DNA of 64,000 bases, taken from positions 2,019-66,018 of IMG/VR virus record IMGVR_UViG_3300047509_000125. One strand, written 5' to 3'. This document shows, one piece after another, positions 9,351 to 19,529 of the stretch. The notes under the pieces are model-generated. The model searched no databases and had not been told where the DNA came from. It saw only the letters and a list, made by a program, of their open reading frames with translations. The DNA is from a virus. Lineage: Duplodnaviria; Caudoviricetes. The translations under genes were made by a program, and so were the position numbers. Position 1 is the stretch's first letter, and each line of letters starts with the position of its first letter.

Positions 9351-9696
9351 GCAAATGGAGGTAACTAGCGCCGTGACAACTAACCAAAACTGTGCGGGTG
9401 ATAGGCTCAAAGCCGAAGCCAAAGAATACTTTGCTAAATGGGCAATGGGCCAATGTCCCTCAAGCACTCACGGAACCCGTCATCACCAAAGATGGATTGG
9501 ATTCTGGGCTGGCGTTGAATGGATGATGCAGCGGAACCGCCGCGTCCCCGAGCAGCAGCCCAACGCAGAGAAGATGCGAGAGGCGTTGGAGAAACTTGAC
9601 GAATTAGCTACTAAATCCATCAAATACCCGACATCCGGCAAGGCTCTGTGGTCATGGGACGTCCGGGACATCGCTCGTGCCGCTCTCTCTGATTAG
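9340..9696 (+). CDS. Hypothetical modular phage protein
   Basis: MREALEKL...IARAALS ending common in phage early proteins. Confidence 0.5.
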   Translation: MVTKQMEVTSAVTTNQNCAGDRLKAEAKEYFAKWAMGQCPSSTHGTRHHQRWIGFWAGVEWMMQRNRRVPEQQPNAEKMREALEKLDELATKSIKYPTSGKALWSWDVRDIARAALSD

Positions 9697-10924
9697 GAGA
9701 AGAAATGATCTGCCGCTCTTTCGATCACTTGTGACCGAGCCCGACCCGATACCGCCACTGGTTAGTCAGGCTCGCGCTCATAACTGGCGAGCTGGTCAGT
9801 TCGATTTTAAGAAAGCGCTGCGACCCGGTATAACGTATCTCAACTGCGCGTTCGTTGAGCGCGATGACGGGCTCTGGTTAATCACGCGCCAGAGTGAGGA
9901 CCGAGTTGGTATGCCTTTCGGGTTTAATTCGCTGTGGGCATTCAAAATCAGTGAAGACGATCTCCAGCCGCTTTTCGGTAAGCACATGATATTTCAGGGC
10001 GCGCGGGACATGGAACAATTCGAAGATGGTCGTCCGATGTTTTTCAACGGGCAGACCTGGATTTCGTGCTGCAATTTTATCTGGTTTCCGGACGGAAGCT
10101 GGACCGGTGCGCATCAGACGATTGGGGTATTTGATTCGGACTGGAACTGTATGTGGCGCCATAACCCTGAGATTGGCGGGAACGAAGAATCGGTTGAGAC
10201 CAAAGTCACCGGGCCAAAGCACGAAAAGAATTGGGTGTTTTGGATACATAACGGCCGGCTACATTTGCTTTATAGCCAGGAACCGTGGCTGGTGATCGAG
10301 TTTGGGAACAAGTGGTTTGAGCGGACGAATCACCGGGGGAACCGCTACGGGGTTAAGTACGACTATGGTCTTATCCGCGGTGGCACGCCGCCGATTTTGC
10401 ATGATGGATTTTACTGGACGTTCTTTCATTCCTCCTTGCCGTGGGAGGGACGGTTACGCCGTTACTTTATGGGCGCGATCGGGTTCAAACCCGAGCCGCC
10501 GTTTACCCCGGTTCGTTACACCGTTAAACCGCTTTTGATTGGAAGCCGGAATGATACCTGGGCGCCGAACAAACCACTCGTGGTGTTTCCTTGTGGCGCG
10601 GTGTTGCGCGGCGATAAGTGGTTAATCAGCTATGGGATTAACGATCTGACCTGTGGTTGGGTTGAGATACCGCACTTCGATCTTTATCAGCGGACCGTGC
10701 CGGTCCCGAATTATTGTCGTGAACTCATGCTGTATCCGGACTGGTTCAAACCGGCGATGTCTTCAAATAATGGAGAAAAAACCAACACGGACTTAACGCA
10801 GCGTCGCCGTGAACATGCAGCCAAGATTCGACAAATTCTGGCTGAGAAACGCGCTCGCGGTGAGGTCACAATTAAACGGCGTCGGAAACGGAAAAGGATT
10901 GCACGCAGGAGGGTTAGGGCGTAG
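9677..10924 (+). CDS. GH130-like five-bladed beta-propeller glycoside hydrolase/phosphorylase with basic C-terminal tail
   Basis: LNCA, FEDGR, EKNWVF, RGGTPP, FFHS, VVFPCG, ISYGIND motifs. Confidence 0.7.
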   Translation: MPLSLIRRRNDLPLFRSLVTEPDPIPPLVSQARAHNWRAGQFDFKKALRPGITYLNCAFVERDDGLWLITRQSEDRVGMPFGFNSLWAFKISEDDLQPLFGKHMIFQGARDMEQFEDGRPMFFNGQTWISCCNFIWFPDGSWTGAHQTIGVFDSDWNCMWRHNPEIGGNEESVETKVTGPKHEKNWVFWIHNGRLHLLYSQEPWLVIEFGNKWFERTNHRGNRYGVKYDYGLIRGGTPPILHDGFYWTFFHSSLPWEGRLRRYFMGAIGFKPEPPFTPVRYTVKPLLIGSRNDTWAPNKPLVVFPCGAVLRGDKWLISYGINDLTCGWVEIPHFDLYQRTVPVPNYCRELMLYPDWFKPAMSSNNGEKTNTDLTQRRREHAAKIRQILAEKRARGEVTIKRRRKRKRIARRRVRA

Positions 10925-10935
10925 AAGGCGAAGCG

Positions 10936-12057
10936 GTGCCTACACGCGGCGAAACGAAAGCCCTTCTCGGCCGATACGTTGGGGCAAACAATAATCCCAA
11001 CGACCGGATCGATCTTGTCCGCGAGCGCTACATCAGAGCTGGCAATTACAAGGGACTGAAAGAAACCGTTCGGTTCGTGGTGTATCCGGACGCGCAAGGT
11101 CGCGGAATGATAACCCTGCCGCGGCGATATTCCGGCATTATCGGCCTAACTATTGACGGGTTCTGCGGCGGATTGGCTCTACCTGTTCGTAATCCGTGGT
11201 ATGATTTTGCTCCCGGTGGAGCTAATCGGTTAGACGGATCAACCTTTGGTCGTGGAGCGATACCAATCGAAGGACGGTTCACTACTTTTGCCGACTGGAA
11301 TGTGCCACTCATGCTGCGGATTAAAGTCGAACAGCCCGAGAACCCAGGCACAATCATCTTTCGCGGGACACTAAACGGCCAGAAACTTTATTCCCTCAAT
11401 TCCTCGGCGATGTGGATTGAAGGGGTTGCCCTCGATTTTTCAAACACCACTGCTACAACCGCGCAGGTGTTTGATGCGCCGCCGTATTCGGTCGTTAAAC
11501 CAGTGACGCAAGGGCGAATTTTTCTCTACACCGTTGACGCGGACGGGCTCGAGACATTGGTAGCTATCTACGAACCGACCGAGACGTTACCGAAATGGCG
11601 CCGATACAAGGTGCCCGTCTTACCGTCGTTCGTAACCTCACCCCAGGCGCCGGTCCAAGTCCCGCCGAGCGGAACCGGCGGCGTCTTCTATACTAAGAGC
11701 GAGATCGACGCGATGTTTGGCGATGCCGGTGTACTCACGGTAAACACCGATGGCACTGACGATTTGTCAGCGGCTCTACCATACGCGCTTCGAACGATTC
11801 AGTTAATCGCTCAAGCCGGGGTCGGACCGTACACGCACAATTTCACGCTGAACCGGTTCCCGCCAAAAGTCGGAGCGATTTACCGGATACGTTTACAGGT
11901 CGATCAATCGTCTAACCAAATCCTTGTGTTCTACGATCAGAACGTTGGTGGGACGCTACTTTACCAGGTCAACGGGGATTCGAGTAACCAATATTTCGTG
12001 ACGTTAGTCTTCGAGTTTGACGGGAACTCCTGGCACTACAGCGGAACTGAACCATGA
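10936..12057 (+). CDS. Putative virion head-tail adaptor/tail tubular protein (N-terminal part) with an added C-terminal beta domain
   Basis: Starts the structural block; ITLPRR...YEPTET.P.WRRYKV; positional inference. Confidence 0.45.
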   Translation: MPTRGETKALLGRYVGANNNPNDRIDLVRERYIRAGNYKGLKETVRFVVYPDAQGRGMITLPRRYSGIIGLTIDGFCGGLALPVRNPWYDFAPGGANRLDGSTFGRGAIPIEGRFTTFADWNVPLMLRIKVEQPENPGTIIFRGTLNGQKLYSLNSSAMWIEGVALDFSNTTATTAQVFDAPPYSVVKPVTQGRIFLYTVDADGLETLVAIYEPTETLPKWRRYKVPVLPSFVTSPQAPVQVPPSGTGGVFYTKSEIDAMFGDAGVLTVNTDGTDDLSAALPYALRTIQLIAQAGVGPYTHNFTLNRFPPKVGAIYRIRLQVDQSSNQILVFYDQNVGGTLLYQVNGDSSNQYFVTLVFEFDGNSWHYSGTEP

Positions 12058-12374
12058 GTACGCCTCCGTTCAATACGTTTACCTGCATCTGCAAAATCGC
12101 TTACTTTCCGTTAGCCGATGACAACGATGAAGTGACCCCCGGCAATTTGGGTGCGATTCGGCTTGGGCTCGAAGCGCTACAAAAAGAGGACGCGGGGGAT
12201 CTACTTCGGGCCGGTCAACTGTGGGATGAAGGCAGAAGATTATTAGCCGAAGAATCGGAAGACGATGTCGGCGCGGCGTCGGAAGGAAAAGTCCAGGTCG
12301 AAGACGATTTCGAACTTGGGTGTTTAGGTGGCGAAGGTGGCTGGGGTTATGGCGGATACGGCTATGAATGGTGA
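12054..12374 (+). CDS. Putative virion protein, possibly the split-off C-terminal part of the adaptor
   Basis: CKIAYFPL...PGNLGAIRLGL...W helical segment; ATGA-coupled. Confidence 0.45.
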   Translation: MSTPPFNTFTCICKIAYFPLADDNDEVTPGNLGAIRLGLEALQKEDAGDLLRAGQLWDEGRRLLAEESEDDVGAASEGKVQVEDDFELGCLGGEGGWGYGGYGYEW

Positions 12375-12804
12375 CGACGTTAGGAAACGATCCATGTCGC
12401 TAGCGGTCTTTCGGCAGATTGCTACCGGCTCGCCAACCGGCACCGATTTTGAAGCGACCTTTCGCCATAACGCTCCGTATAGTCCCAGCGGTACGAATTG
12501 GGCGAACACATTCCGGCAAACTACTGCGCCCGCAGCGGCACAGCCTAACTTGTCGGGTGGAACAAAACCGACAAACCAGCCTTACACGTTGGAACTGAGT
12601 CCATTTTCAAACCCGCCGAGAGTGACACCGGTCACTCCGAAACCTACGTTGACGCAGTTAGCTGATACATTCGAAGCGCCCAATGCGATTGGAACGCCCT
12701 CCGCGGCAAGCGATACGTCTCTCACCACTTCTTTGGCGCCACACCCGTTGGCGACTCAGTACGGATTTATGAGCGACGGCGGCGAAGATGACGAAGAGGA
12801 ATAA
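12364..12804 (+). CDS. Low-complexity putative internal virion protein
   Basis: P/T/A-rich with acidic tail; position in block. Confidence 0.45.
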   Translation: MNGDDVRKRSMSLAVFRQIATGSPTGTDFEATFRHNAPYSPSGTNWANTFRQTTAPAAAQPNLSGGTKPTNQPYTLELSPFSNPPRVTPVTPKPTLTQLADTFEAPNAIGTPSAASDTSLTTSLAPHPLATQYGFMSDGGEDDEEE

Positions 12805-13848
12805 ATGCCTCCCCCGAATTTAGCCGTCGAACAATCAGACGATCTTAATCGCGCGATTGCGACAGCGGTTGCCAATCGGCCGCAGGGAGCCGCGCAACCT
12901 GCCCGAACAGTTCAGCCAACTGGCGCCGTTAGTGCCGCGCCAGCGACCGAACAATTTGCGGTTCCTCAACAGACCAGCGACCAACTGCGTTCAGGTCTAG
13001 ACACAAGAGCACTGATTTCCAGCGCGGTCAGCCGCAGACAAATGATCGAAAGCGGCGTCGATCCGGATGCGCCAGCGTTGTATCCGAGTCGTCAGAGACA
13101 ACGTGGCGGTGGTCCGAGCCGATGGGAACAACTGCAACAGGAGCACCGAGAGTTAGGGTCCGACATCGAACATTATTCGTTGCTGGAAGCGCGACAGAAT
13201 CACGAAAGTTATATTCAGAATCGAAACGCAGCCGCGGCACAGCAATTCTCAGGCATGGTTAACGAAATGGAACAGCTTACATCGCCAATCGGTTCAAAAG
13301 AGCACGCCAAAGATGTGCTGGCGATTGCGGCGAAATATCCGGTGGGAGCGATGAGCACGGCTGGCCGGGAATTACTGCAACGACATTCGACGATGCACGA
13401 TTCGACGGCCGAATTACTCGATCAGATTCACCAAGCGTATCCGGAGCTGAAACTGAAACCTTCGCATATCGGGCCGGGAGGCGTGTCGTGGACGGTGGAC
13501 AAGCCTACTGACGAGCCCGCTGGAGCCGACAAACGTCGTTATTCACGGTTACAAGCCTCGATTGAGCAGCACAAAACTCAAGCCGCAGCCGAAGCGCAGA
13601 CTAACCGCAAAGCCGGACAAGAGAACGTCCCTTACAGCCAATCAGCGGAATGGGCTGGCGACCAAGCTGAACTCAAAGCGTTGGAGCAACAGTATCCGTC
13701 ACTACGTCCGGCGCCGCCGGCGGGCAAAGAAGCTGCGCCAACAGCTACTCCACCATCCTCGGATAAAGAAGTTACACGGATGACGAAGGATAACCGAAAA
13801 GCGGTATTCGATTCGGAAACGAAGAAGTTTTTGCGGTATGCCGAATGA
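12805..13848 (+). CDS. Putative internal virion/ejection protein
   Basis: A/Q-rich helical protein directly before the giant protein. Confidence 0.55.
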   Translation: MPPPNLAVEQSDDLNRAIATAVANRPQGAAQPARTVQPTGAVSAAPATEQFAVPQQTSDQLRSGLDTRALISSAVSRRQMIESGVDPDAPALYPSRQRQRGGGPSRWEQLQQEHRELGSDIEHYSLLEARQNHESYIQNRNAAAAQQFSGMVNEMEQLTSPIGSKEHAKDVLAIAAKYPVGAMSTAGRELLQRHSTMHDSTAELLDQIHQAYPELKLKPSHIGPGGVSWTVDKPTDEPAGADKRRYSRLQASIEQHKTQAAAEAQTNRKAGQENVPYSQSAEWAGDQAELKALEQQYPSLRPAPPAGKEAAPTATPPSSDKEVTRMTKDNRKAVFDSETKKFLRYAE

Positions 13849-16800
13849 GCCGACCTGGGAGACCACAACCGAAGAAGCCCCAACGTGGGACGCGACTACC
13901 GGGCCTGAGAGCCAGTCACGCAGGAGCACTTACGATCCAAACAAACTGCCGCCAGTTGGCGTAGCTGGGGTCGATATTACTCCGCCGCCGTCACCGGAAG
14001 TGATGGATCAACCGATTGTTTCGGTGCCGAAAATTGGAGAGATAGGTGGACAAAAGTCCGCACTTGCCCAAGTGGGAGCTGGCATTGTCAACACAGCCGC
14101 CAGAGCCGCAGAGGGGCTCGAGAGCGGAACCAATATCGCGCTTGCGCCAATCTTGGCGATGCCGGGTGTCGGTCGTGTTGCGGGCGCCGCGTTCGGTGTT
14201 CAACAATTCGCGGATGTTTCCGACGCGATCAAGGAAGCTCGTGCGCCGGGGAGAACGATTCAGCAACGGACTGAGTCGGTCGGCCGCGGTCTAACCGATA
14301 TTTTATTTGGGATTCTCGGCGCTCGTTTTGCTGGCAAGGGCGTCGGAGAAGCAGCAAAACCAGGCGCCGCGGCTAAACCGGAAGTGGCAGCACCGGAAAC
14401 TGAAACGCCAACCACAGATGCAGTAACAAAGGAGGTGACAAACGATGCCGTCCAGCCAAGTGATGCACAAATACAAACAGGGCAAGCTCCACTCGGGGAG
14501 CAAGCACGGCCAGCAGGTGAAGTCCCACGAACAAGCGGTGGCGATAATGTTGAGCGAAAAACGTCAGGAGCAGAAGCAGGGAGGCCATTACCACCGGAAC
14601 GCGAGGCACCCACACAACAGCCGGTAGCACCGCCCCCTGCTCAGGTACAGGAGGTTCCTGCTTCAGAAATTGGTCGGTTAAGAGATTTACTCGGCGATCA
14701 GGTGCAAGGGCAAGCTGGCGGAATTCATGTGGTAATACGCAATAAGGAGGGAACACAAGTTAGGGCTATTTTCGTGGACAAGGATTTACCGACTAACGAG
14801 AAAGCTTCAATCGTTGAGCATGAACAAAGACACGCCCGGCTAGATCAGGATTCCTCGGCCCAGCGAAATGCTCAAGCAATCGTTGATGCGGTAAACGAAG
14901 ATCCCGCACGCGATCCGTATCTCCACGAATTTATTCAGGCCGTACGCAAAGCTGGCTATCCCGAAGATGAGATAGCAAAGGAACTAGTCGCTGAAGGTAT
15001 CTTGTCATTTGAACACCTGAGTTCTGATCTACGGGACATTCAGGCTGGAAAAGGAAACGCTGGTAGGCGCCACCTAGAAAATGTAGGAAGAAAGCGTGCC
15101 CAAGAAGAAATGGCGCATCCAGAACGCTTCATCGGTAACGTATTCGAACAGACAATTCCGCAATGGGCGCGCGACGAAATGGGTAGACGCGGTCTCTCAC
15201 CAGGGCGCACATTCAACGATGTAGATCTTGGAAATCCGAGCGTCCAAGAAGCGATAAGGCTTGATCCAACTCTAACAAACGAACAAAAATCCAGCCTACT
15301 GAGGATAGGCTCGCTGCCAGTTCCGGCCGTTCCGCAAGCCAAAGGGCAGGAACCGAAACCCGAACCGGCACCGGCCGTAACCCAGTTTGAAAATGTTCCA
15401 ACGGTTGAACTACCGATTGACCAAATCAAGCTGAGTAAGGATGTGCCTAACTTCAAAGAAGGCGCTTCGGCTGAGACCGGCGTTGTCCCGCAGGAACAGT
15501 TAGCCGGTAAATACACTCGCCTTGGCACTGGCGCTATCACAGTTTGGGAACGCGCCAACGGCGATAAAGAGATTATCAGCGGGCGGCACCGGCTGGATTT
15601 AGCCAAGCGGAGCGGGGAAAAGACGATACCAACACAGGTAGTTCGGGAAGCGGACGGCTTTACCCGCGCCCAGGCGATAACGTTTGACGCCGAAGCCAAT
15701 ATTCGGGATGGTCAAGGGTCGGTTTCCGACTATGCCAACTACTTCCGCAACTCGGACATCACGCCCGAAGAAGCATCCGGCCGAGGGCTTCTTGCGCGAG
15801 ACAAGGGCAGGAAGGGCTTCGCAATCGGCCGCAATGCCTCGGATGATCTCTACGCCCTCTATCGAGGCGGTAAGATTAATGAAACCCGAGCCGCCGCAAT
15901 AGCGGAAGCCGCACCGGGCCAGCCTGAGCTTCAGGGCGTCGGGATTCGAGCTGCGAACGAAGGCGCGTCTCCCGCCGAGATTGCCGGCCGAATCGAAGCG
16001 GCCTCAAATGCTGCGCGAAGTGAAGCGCCCGCCAAACAAGGCGACTTTTTCGCTGACACGTCACAGGACGAGATTTGGAAAAAACAGGGGCAGTACGTCT
16101 CTCAACAGCGCCGCGCTTTACAAGACGTAATCACGACTCGCCGCGCGATTGTAAACCGATATGAAGCAGCAACAGCAACGGGCTCAATCAAAGCGGAACG
16201 GAGCCGAGCGGAAACGGAATTGGCCGATGCTCAAGCCCAACTCCAACGGTGGCAAAATTGGGCGACCGATCCGGATCTCCGCACGCAGGTTGAAACTCTA
16301 GGCGCCGAAACCAAGGCGCCGGCTGCGGCAGAGCCACCCACACCACCCGAGCCAGCGGCAGCGGAGCCACAGTTACGCGCGGGTGAAGCGGGCACTGGCG
16401 ATCTGTTCCAAGGCGGCGACCAGCCGTTCAATCTGGCCGGCGAAACTGGCGTCGATTACGGCGCACAACAAAAAGCCGCCGAAGCTGCCGCGGCCGAGCG
16501 TGCCAAAACTGCCGCGGATCATCCGACACTGAATTTTGGTGAACCAGAAAACCAGCCCGAAGCGGTTGAAAACGGTGTTGCACCCGAGAAAACAGTAACG
16601 ATCGGATCAACCGAACCGCGGGCAAATGAGATCAGTCCACAAGCGTTAGGCGTCACTCATCCGATGCCGGGATTCATCAAGGAAATTGCAGATTACTTCG
16701 TCAATTTCACGCCCTCGCAAATTGCGAATAGTCTGCGAAGTTCAATCAAAGCCGCGCTTGGCGAGACCTTCGCCAAAACCACAATCGCCGATCGTGAATC

Positions 16801-19033
16801 GGGCGAACTTGGGGCGCGTTGGGTTTCAGCGCGAATCGCCGCGCCTCATTTGGCCGATTCGTTTGTAACGCAAGTGCTTGAGGGAACGAATGTCGATAAG
16901 ATCAAATTCGGTGCTGCGCTGACCGAAGATAATTTGCGTTCCGTTCGGGCAGCGGCGGAAACACCAGAAGCCGCACAAGCTGTTACTTCGATTATCGGCG
17001 CTAAAAATTCTCCATTTAAAACCGAAGCTGAATATCAAGCGTTTCTGAATGATCCAGGGACAGCAAAAGCGATTGAACGGCATCGCGCGTTATGGTCGGA
17101 AGTGATTGACCCGATGTTTCGAAAAGCGCAGCTGCTTGATCCAGACGTGGAACTGGCCTCCCGAGGCGAATCAAGCGGGGCGCGAATCAATTTGTTCAAC
17201 GATGCTGAAGGCCGTGGTGGCTCCATTGTTAGCGGAACCGCTACCGGCAACCTGACGGCGACGTTTCGGAGAAAATCGCCGTTTGCGATCAGAGCTAAAG
17301 GGACCGGGCAAAACTACAACATCAATTACTCAGACATCATGGCGAACACCTTTGGGCGCCAACTCGAGATTGCTGCCAAAAATGCATTCGAGCAAAGATT
17401 AGTGGATACGGGTAACGCCGTGATAGCAAAAGTCGGAGAGAAGCCGACGCTTCCAGATGGTGAAGACACGGTCGGATTTCCGCTTAAAAGAAAAAGCTCC
17501 GCAATCTTTACCAACGCCGAGGGCCAACCGCAAACCGTCCCGATCAATCAAAATATCTATGTCCGAAAGTCCATGGCTGGCGAATACCGACGCGGCGCCG
17601 ATGTCGATTTGATAAAGGTGCCTGGCGCGGTGAAAGCGTTTACCAACGCTGCAAACCGAGCCGCGCTTGCCGGTCTAACTGATGCCAGTGTTCACGTTCT
17701 TAATCTGAATACGGCGCTGCTGACGCGGCCATCAGTGACCGGCAGTCTCGTTGTCGATTCGCTGCTCTCTGCAACTGGCCGGGCCGATGTGCCCGTTATG
17801 CTCGCCAAAGTGCTCATCAAAGCGACCAAGGATAATCGGGCGCAAATGGCCGAGCTCGCCGAGATCGGGGCGTTACGTGGCGACAGACCAACAGCCAATC
17901 CACTCGGGAACGTAATCAAGTGGTACGATAAAACTACCCGGCTAATGCTCGATGACGCGTATCAGAGCATGAGGAAAAGCGGGTTGGTCGAAGACAGCGA
18001 AACTGCGCGTCGAGAATTTATCAATCAGGTCGGTCAATATAATAAGAGAGCGCAAGGCGATCTTAGGCGCCTCGCTCGAGATACTGGTCTTGGTCCATTC
18101 GTTACCGCCGGCACAACCTTCAACACTCTCGGGCTACGCACACTGATTCTCGATCCTGGGGTGAAAGCCGCGTCTCCGATGGCTGCGGCCGCGATGCGCG
18201 CGAACGTTCTTTCAAAGTGGGTCGGCGCGGCCGTGTTTATCGGAACCGCGAATTATCTACTTACTCACAACAAAGGCGGGGGAGTTATGGGTCGTCCCGG
18301 CGTACCGATTGGACGATTGGATAGCGGGCTCAATGACGAAAACGGTCGGCCGCTGTCCGTGCCGGTATTCGACATATTGGGTCTCGGCCGAGCGTTGCGG
18401 GTAACAGGGGCGCGCGGATTTATCGAGTCACAGCGCAAAGGTTTAACTCTGGCCAACTCGTTTGATGCCGCGGCTCGAGACGCGTTCAACACCAACATCA
18501 GTCCGTTCACCGGGCCACCGTTACGATTTCTCAGCGTGGGAGCGACCGGTTATCAGCCGGCGGTCTCCGTTGGGCGCGAGTCGCGCGTGGTCCCGCCAGG
18601 CCAAAGTCAGTGGCAAGAGAATATGAAACAAGCGGTGCTCGACGCCAATCCTCTACTTCGATCCTTGCAGCTCTCCCGAACTTCGGGTGAAGGCGTCCGA
18701 TCAGCCGTTCGCCAACAGATTCCGAGATTGTCGCTGCAACCGAGTCAATCGGCTGAATTTATGTCCAAGTATCCCGAAATCGTTCGCAAAGCGCAGGCGC
18801 GCGATTATGTGAACGACGTGATTGGACGGGCCAGGAAACTTAATCCACAGGACAAAGCTGCATTTGTTAAAGACGCACTTTCAAAACTGGCACCGGAAGA
18901 CCGCGACAACGCGATTCGAACGATGAAATATTCGCGGATTTTGGACAAAAACGATCCGGCATTTCGGGAGTCTGGCACACCCAAAGGCAGGACCGGCCGC
19001 AGCCTGTTGCGTCGTAACCGAACTGGTCGATGA
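13838..19033 (+). CDS. Large polyvalent internal virion/ejection protein (1731 aa) with HExxH zincin-like and ParB/Srx-like domains
   Basis: HEQRH at 14819-14833 plus ELVAE; IISGRHRLDLAKRSG ParB-like motif near 15570; A/P/E-rich linkers; helical C-terminus. Confidence 0.75.
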   Translation: MPNEPTWETTTEEAPTWDATTGPESQSRRSTYDPNKLPPVGVAGVDITPPPSPEVMDQPIVSVPKIGEIGGQKSALAQVGAGIVNTAARAAEGLESGTNIALAPILAMPGVGRVAGAAFGVQQFADVSDAIKEARAPGRTIQQRTESVGRGLTDILFGILGARFAGKGVGEAAKPGAAAKPEVAAPETETPTTDAVTKEVTNDAVQPSDAQIQTGQAPLGEQARPAGEVPRTSGGDNVERKTSGAEAGRPLPPEREAPTQQPVAPPPAQVQEVPASEIGRLRDLLGDQVQGQAGGIHVVIRNKEGTQVRAIFVDKDLPTNEKASIVEHEQRHARLDQDSSAQRNAQAIVDAVNEDPARDPYLHEFIQAVRKAGYPEDEIAKELVAEGILSFEHLSSDLRDIQAGKGNAGRRHLENVGRKRAQEEMAHPERFIGNVFEQTIPQWARDEMGRRGLSPGRTFNDVDLGNPSVQEAIRLDPTLTNEQKSSLLRIGSLPVPAVPQAKGQEPKPEPAPAVTQFENVPTVELPIDQIKLSKDVPNFKEGASAETGVVPQEQLAGKYTRLGTGAITVWERANGDKEIISGRHRLDLAKRSGEKTIPTQVVREADGFTRAQAITFDAEANIRDGQGSVSDYANYFRNSDITPEEASGRGLLARDKGRKGFAIGRNASDDLYALYRGGKINETRAAAIAEAAPGQPELQGVGIRAANEGASPAEIAGRIEAASNAARSEAPAKQGDFFADTSQDEIWKKQGQYVSQQRRALQDVITTRRAIVNRYEAATATGSIKAERSRAETELADAQAQLQRWQNWATDPDLRTQVETLGAETKAPAAAEPPTPPEPAAAEPQLRAGEAGTGDLFQGGDQPFNLAGETGVDYGAQQKAAEAAAAERAKTAADHPTLNFGEPENQPEAVENGVAPEKTVTIGSTEPRANEISPQALGVTHPMPGFIKEIADYFVNFTPSQIANSLRSSIKAALGETFAKTTIADRESGELGARWVSARIAAPHLADSFVTQVLEGTNVDKIKFGAALTEDNLRSVRAAAETPEAAQAVTSIIGAKNSPFKTEAEYQAFLNDPGTAKAIERHRALWSEVIDPMFRKAQLLDPDVELASRGESSGARINLFNDAEGRGGSIVSGTATGNLTATFRRKSPFAIRAKGTGQNYNINYSDIMANTFGRQLEIAAKNAFEQRLVDTGNAVIAKVGEKPTLPDGEDTVGFPLKRKSSAIFTNAEGQPQTVPINQNIYVRKSMAGEYRRGADVDLIKVPGAVKAFTNAANRAALAGLTDASVHVLNLNTALLTRPSVTGSLVVDSLLSATGRADVPVMLAKVLIKATKDNRAQMAELAEIGALRGDRPTANPLGNVIKWYDKTTRLMLDDAYQSMRKSGLVEDSETARREFINQVGQYNKRAQGDLRRLARDTGLGPFVTAGTTFNTLGLRTLILDPGVKAASPMAAAAMRANVLSKWVGAAVFIGTANYLLTHNKGGGVMGRPGVPIGRLDSGLNDENGRPLSVPVFDILGLGRALRVTGARGFIESQRKGLTLANSFDAAARDAFNTNISPFTGPPLRFLSVGATGYQPAVSVGRESRVVPPGQSQWQENMKQAVLDANPLLRSLQLSRTSGEGVRSAVRQQIPRLSLQPSQSAEFMSKYPEIVRKAQARDYVNDVIGRARKLNPQDKAAFVKDALSKLAPEDRDNAIRTMKYSRILDKNDPAFRESGTPKGRTGRSLLRRNRTGR
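14445..14627 (+). CDS. Nested out-of-frame gene, DUF6496-like small basic protein
   Basis: SD AAGGAGGTGA at 14429-14438, 6 nt before ATG; VMHKYKQGKLHSGS...VKSHEQAVAIMLSE. Confidence 0.75.
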   Translation: MPSSQVMHKYKQGKLHSGSKHGQQVKSHEQAVAIMLSEKRQEQKQGGHYHRNARHPHNSR

Positions 19034-19106
19034 AACTTTTGCTTCTCTTAGTCCGACTATTTTGGAGTTGGGAATTTGCAGTTCTACCTAACGGATCACC
19101 AATACT

Positions 19107-19529
19107 GTGAACATCATTATCAAAGTCATTCCTGAATCTGAACAGCGGCCGGAAGTAAACGGCGCTGATTGGTTTTTTGATGAGAATGCAGATTTACAGG
19201 TACGGGTATCGCCGATGAGCGATTGGAGGTATGAAACACTACTTGCCATTCACGAAGCGGTTGAAGCGATCATGTGTAAGCATAACGGCGTCACCGTCGA
19301 AGCGGTTGATGCCTTCGATCAGGAGTACGATAAAACTCACACGTTCGACGTGAATGCCGGGGATGAACCGAATGCGCCATACATGCGCGAACATTGCCTT
19401 GCAACAGCCATCGAGCGAATCTTGTGCGCCGAACTCGACGTAAATTGGGCTGAGTATGATCGTGAATTGGCTGAATCGTATCCAGGGCCGTCGAAGAAAA
19501 TGATTCCGGTCAATTATCCCGGTGTATGA
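19107..19529 (+). CDS. Zincin-like HExxE metal-binding protein
   Basis: LLAIHEAVEAIMC and PYMREHCLATAIE; ATGA-coupled to the ATP-grasp gene. Confidence 0.6.
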   Translation: MNIIIKVIPESEQRPEVNGADWFFDENADLQVRVSPMSDWRYETLLAIHEAVEAIMCKHNGVTVEAVDAFDQEYDKTHTFDVNAGDEPNAPYMREHCLATAIERILCAELDVNWAEYDRELAESYPGPSKKMIPVNYPGV

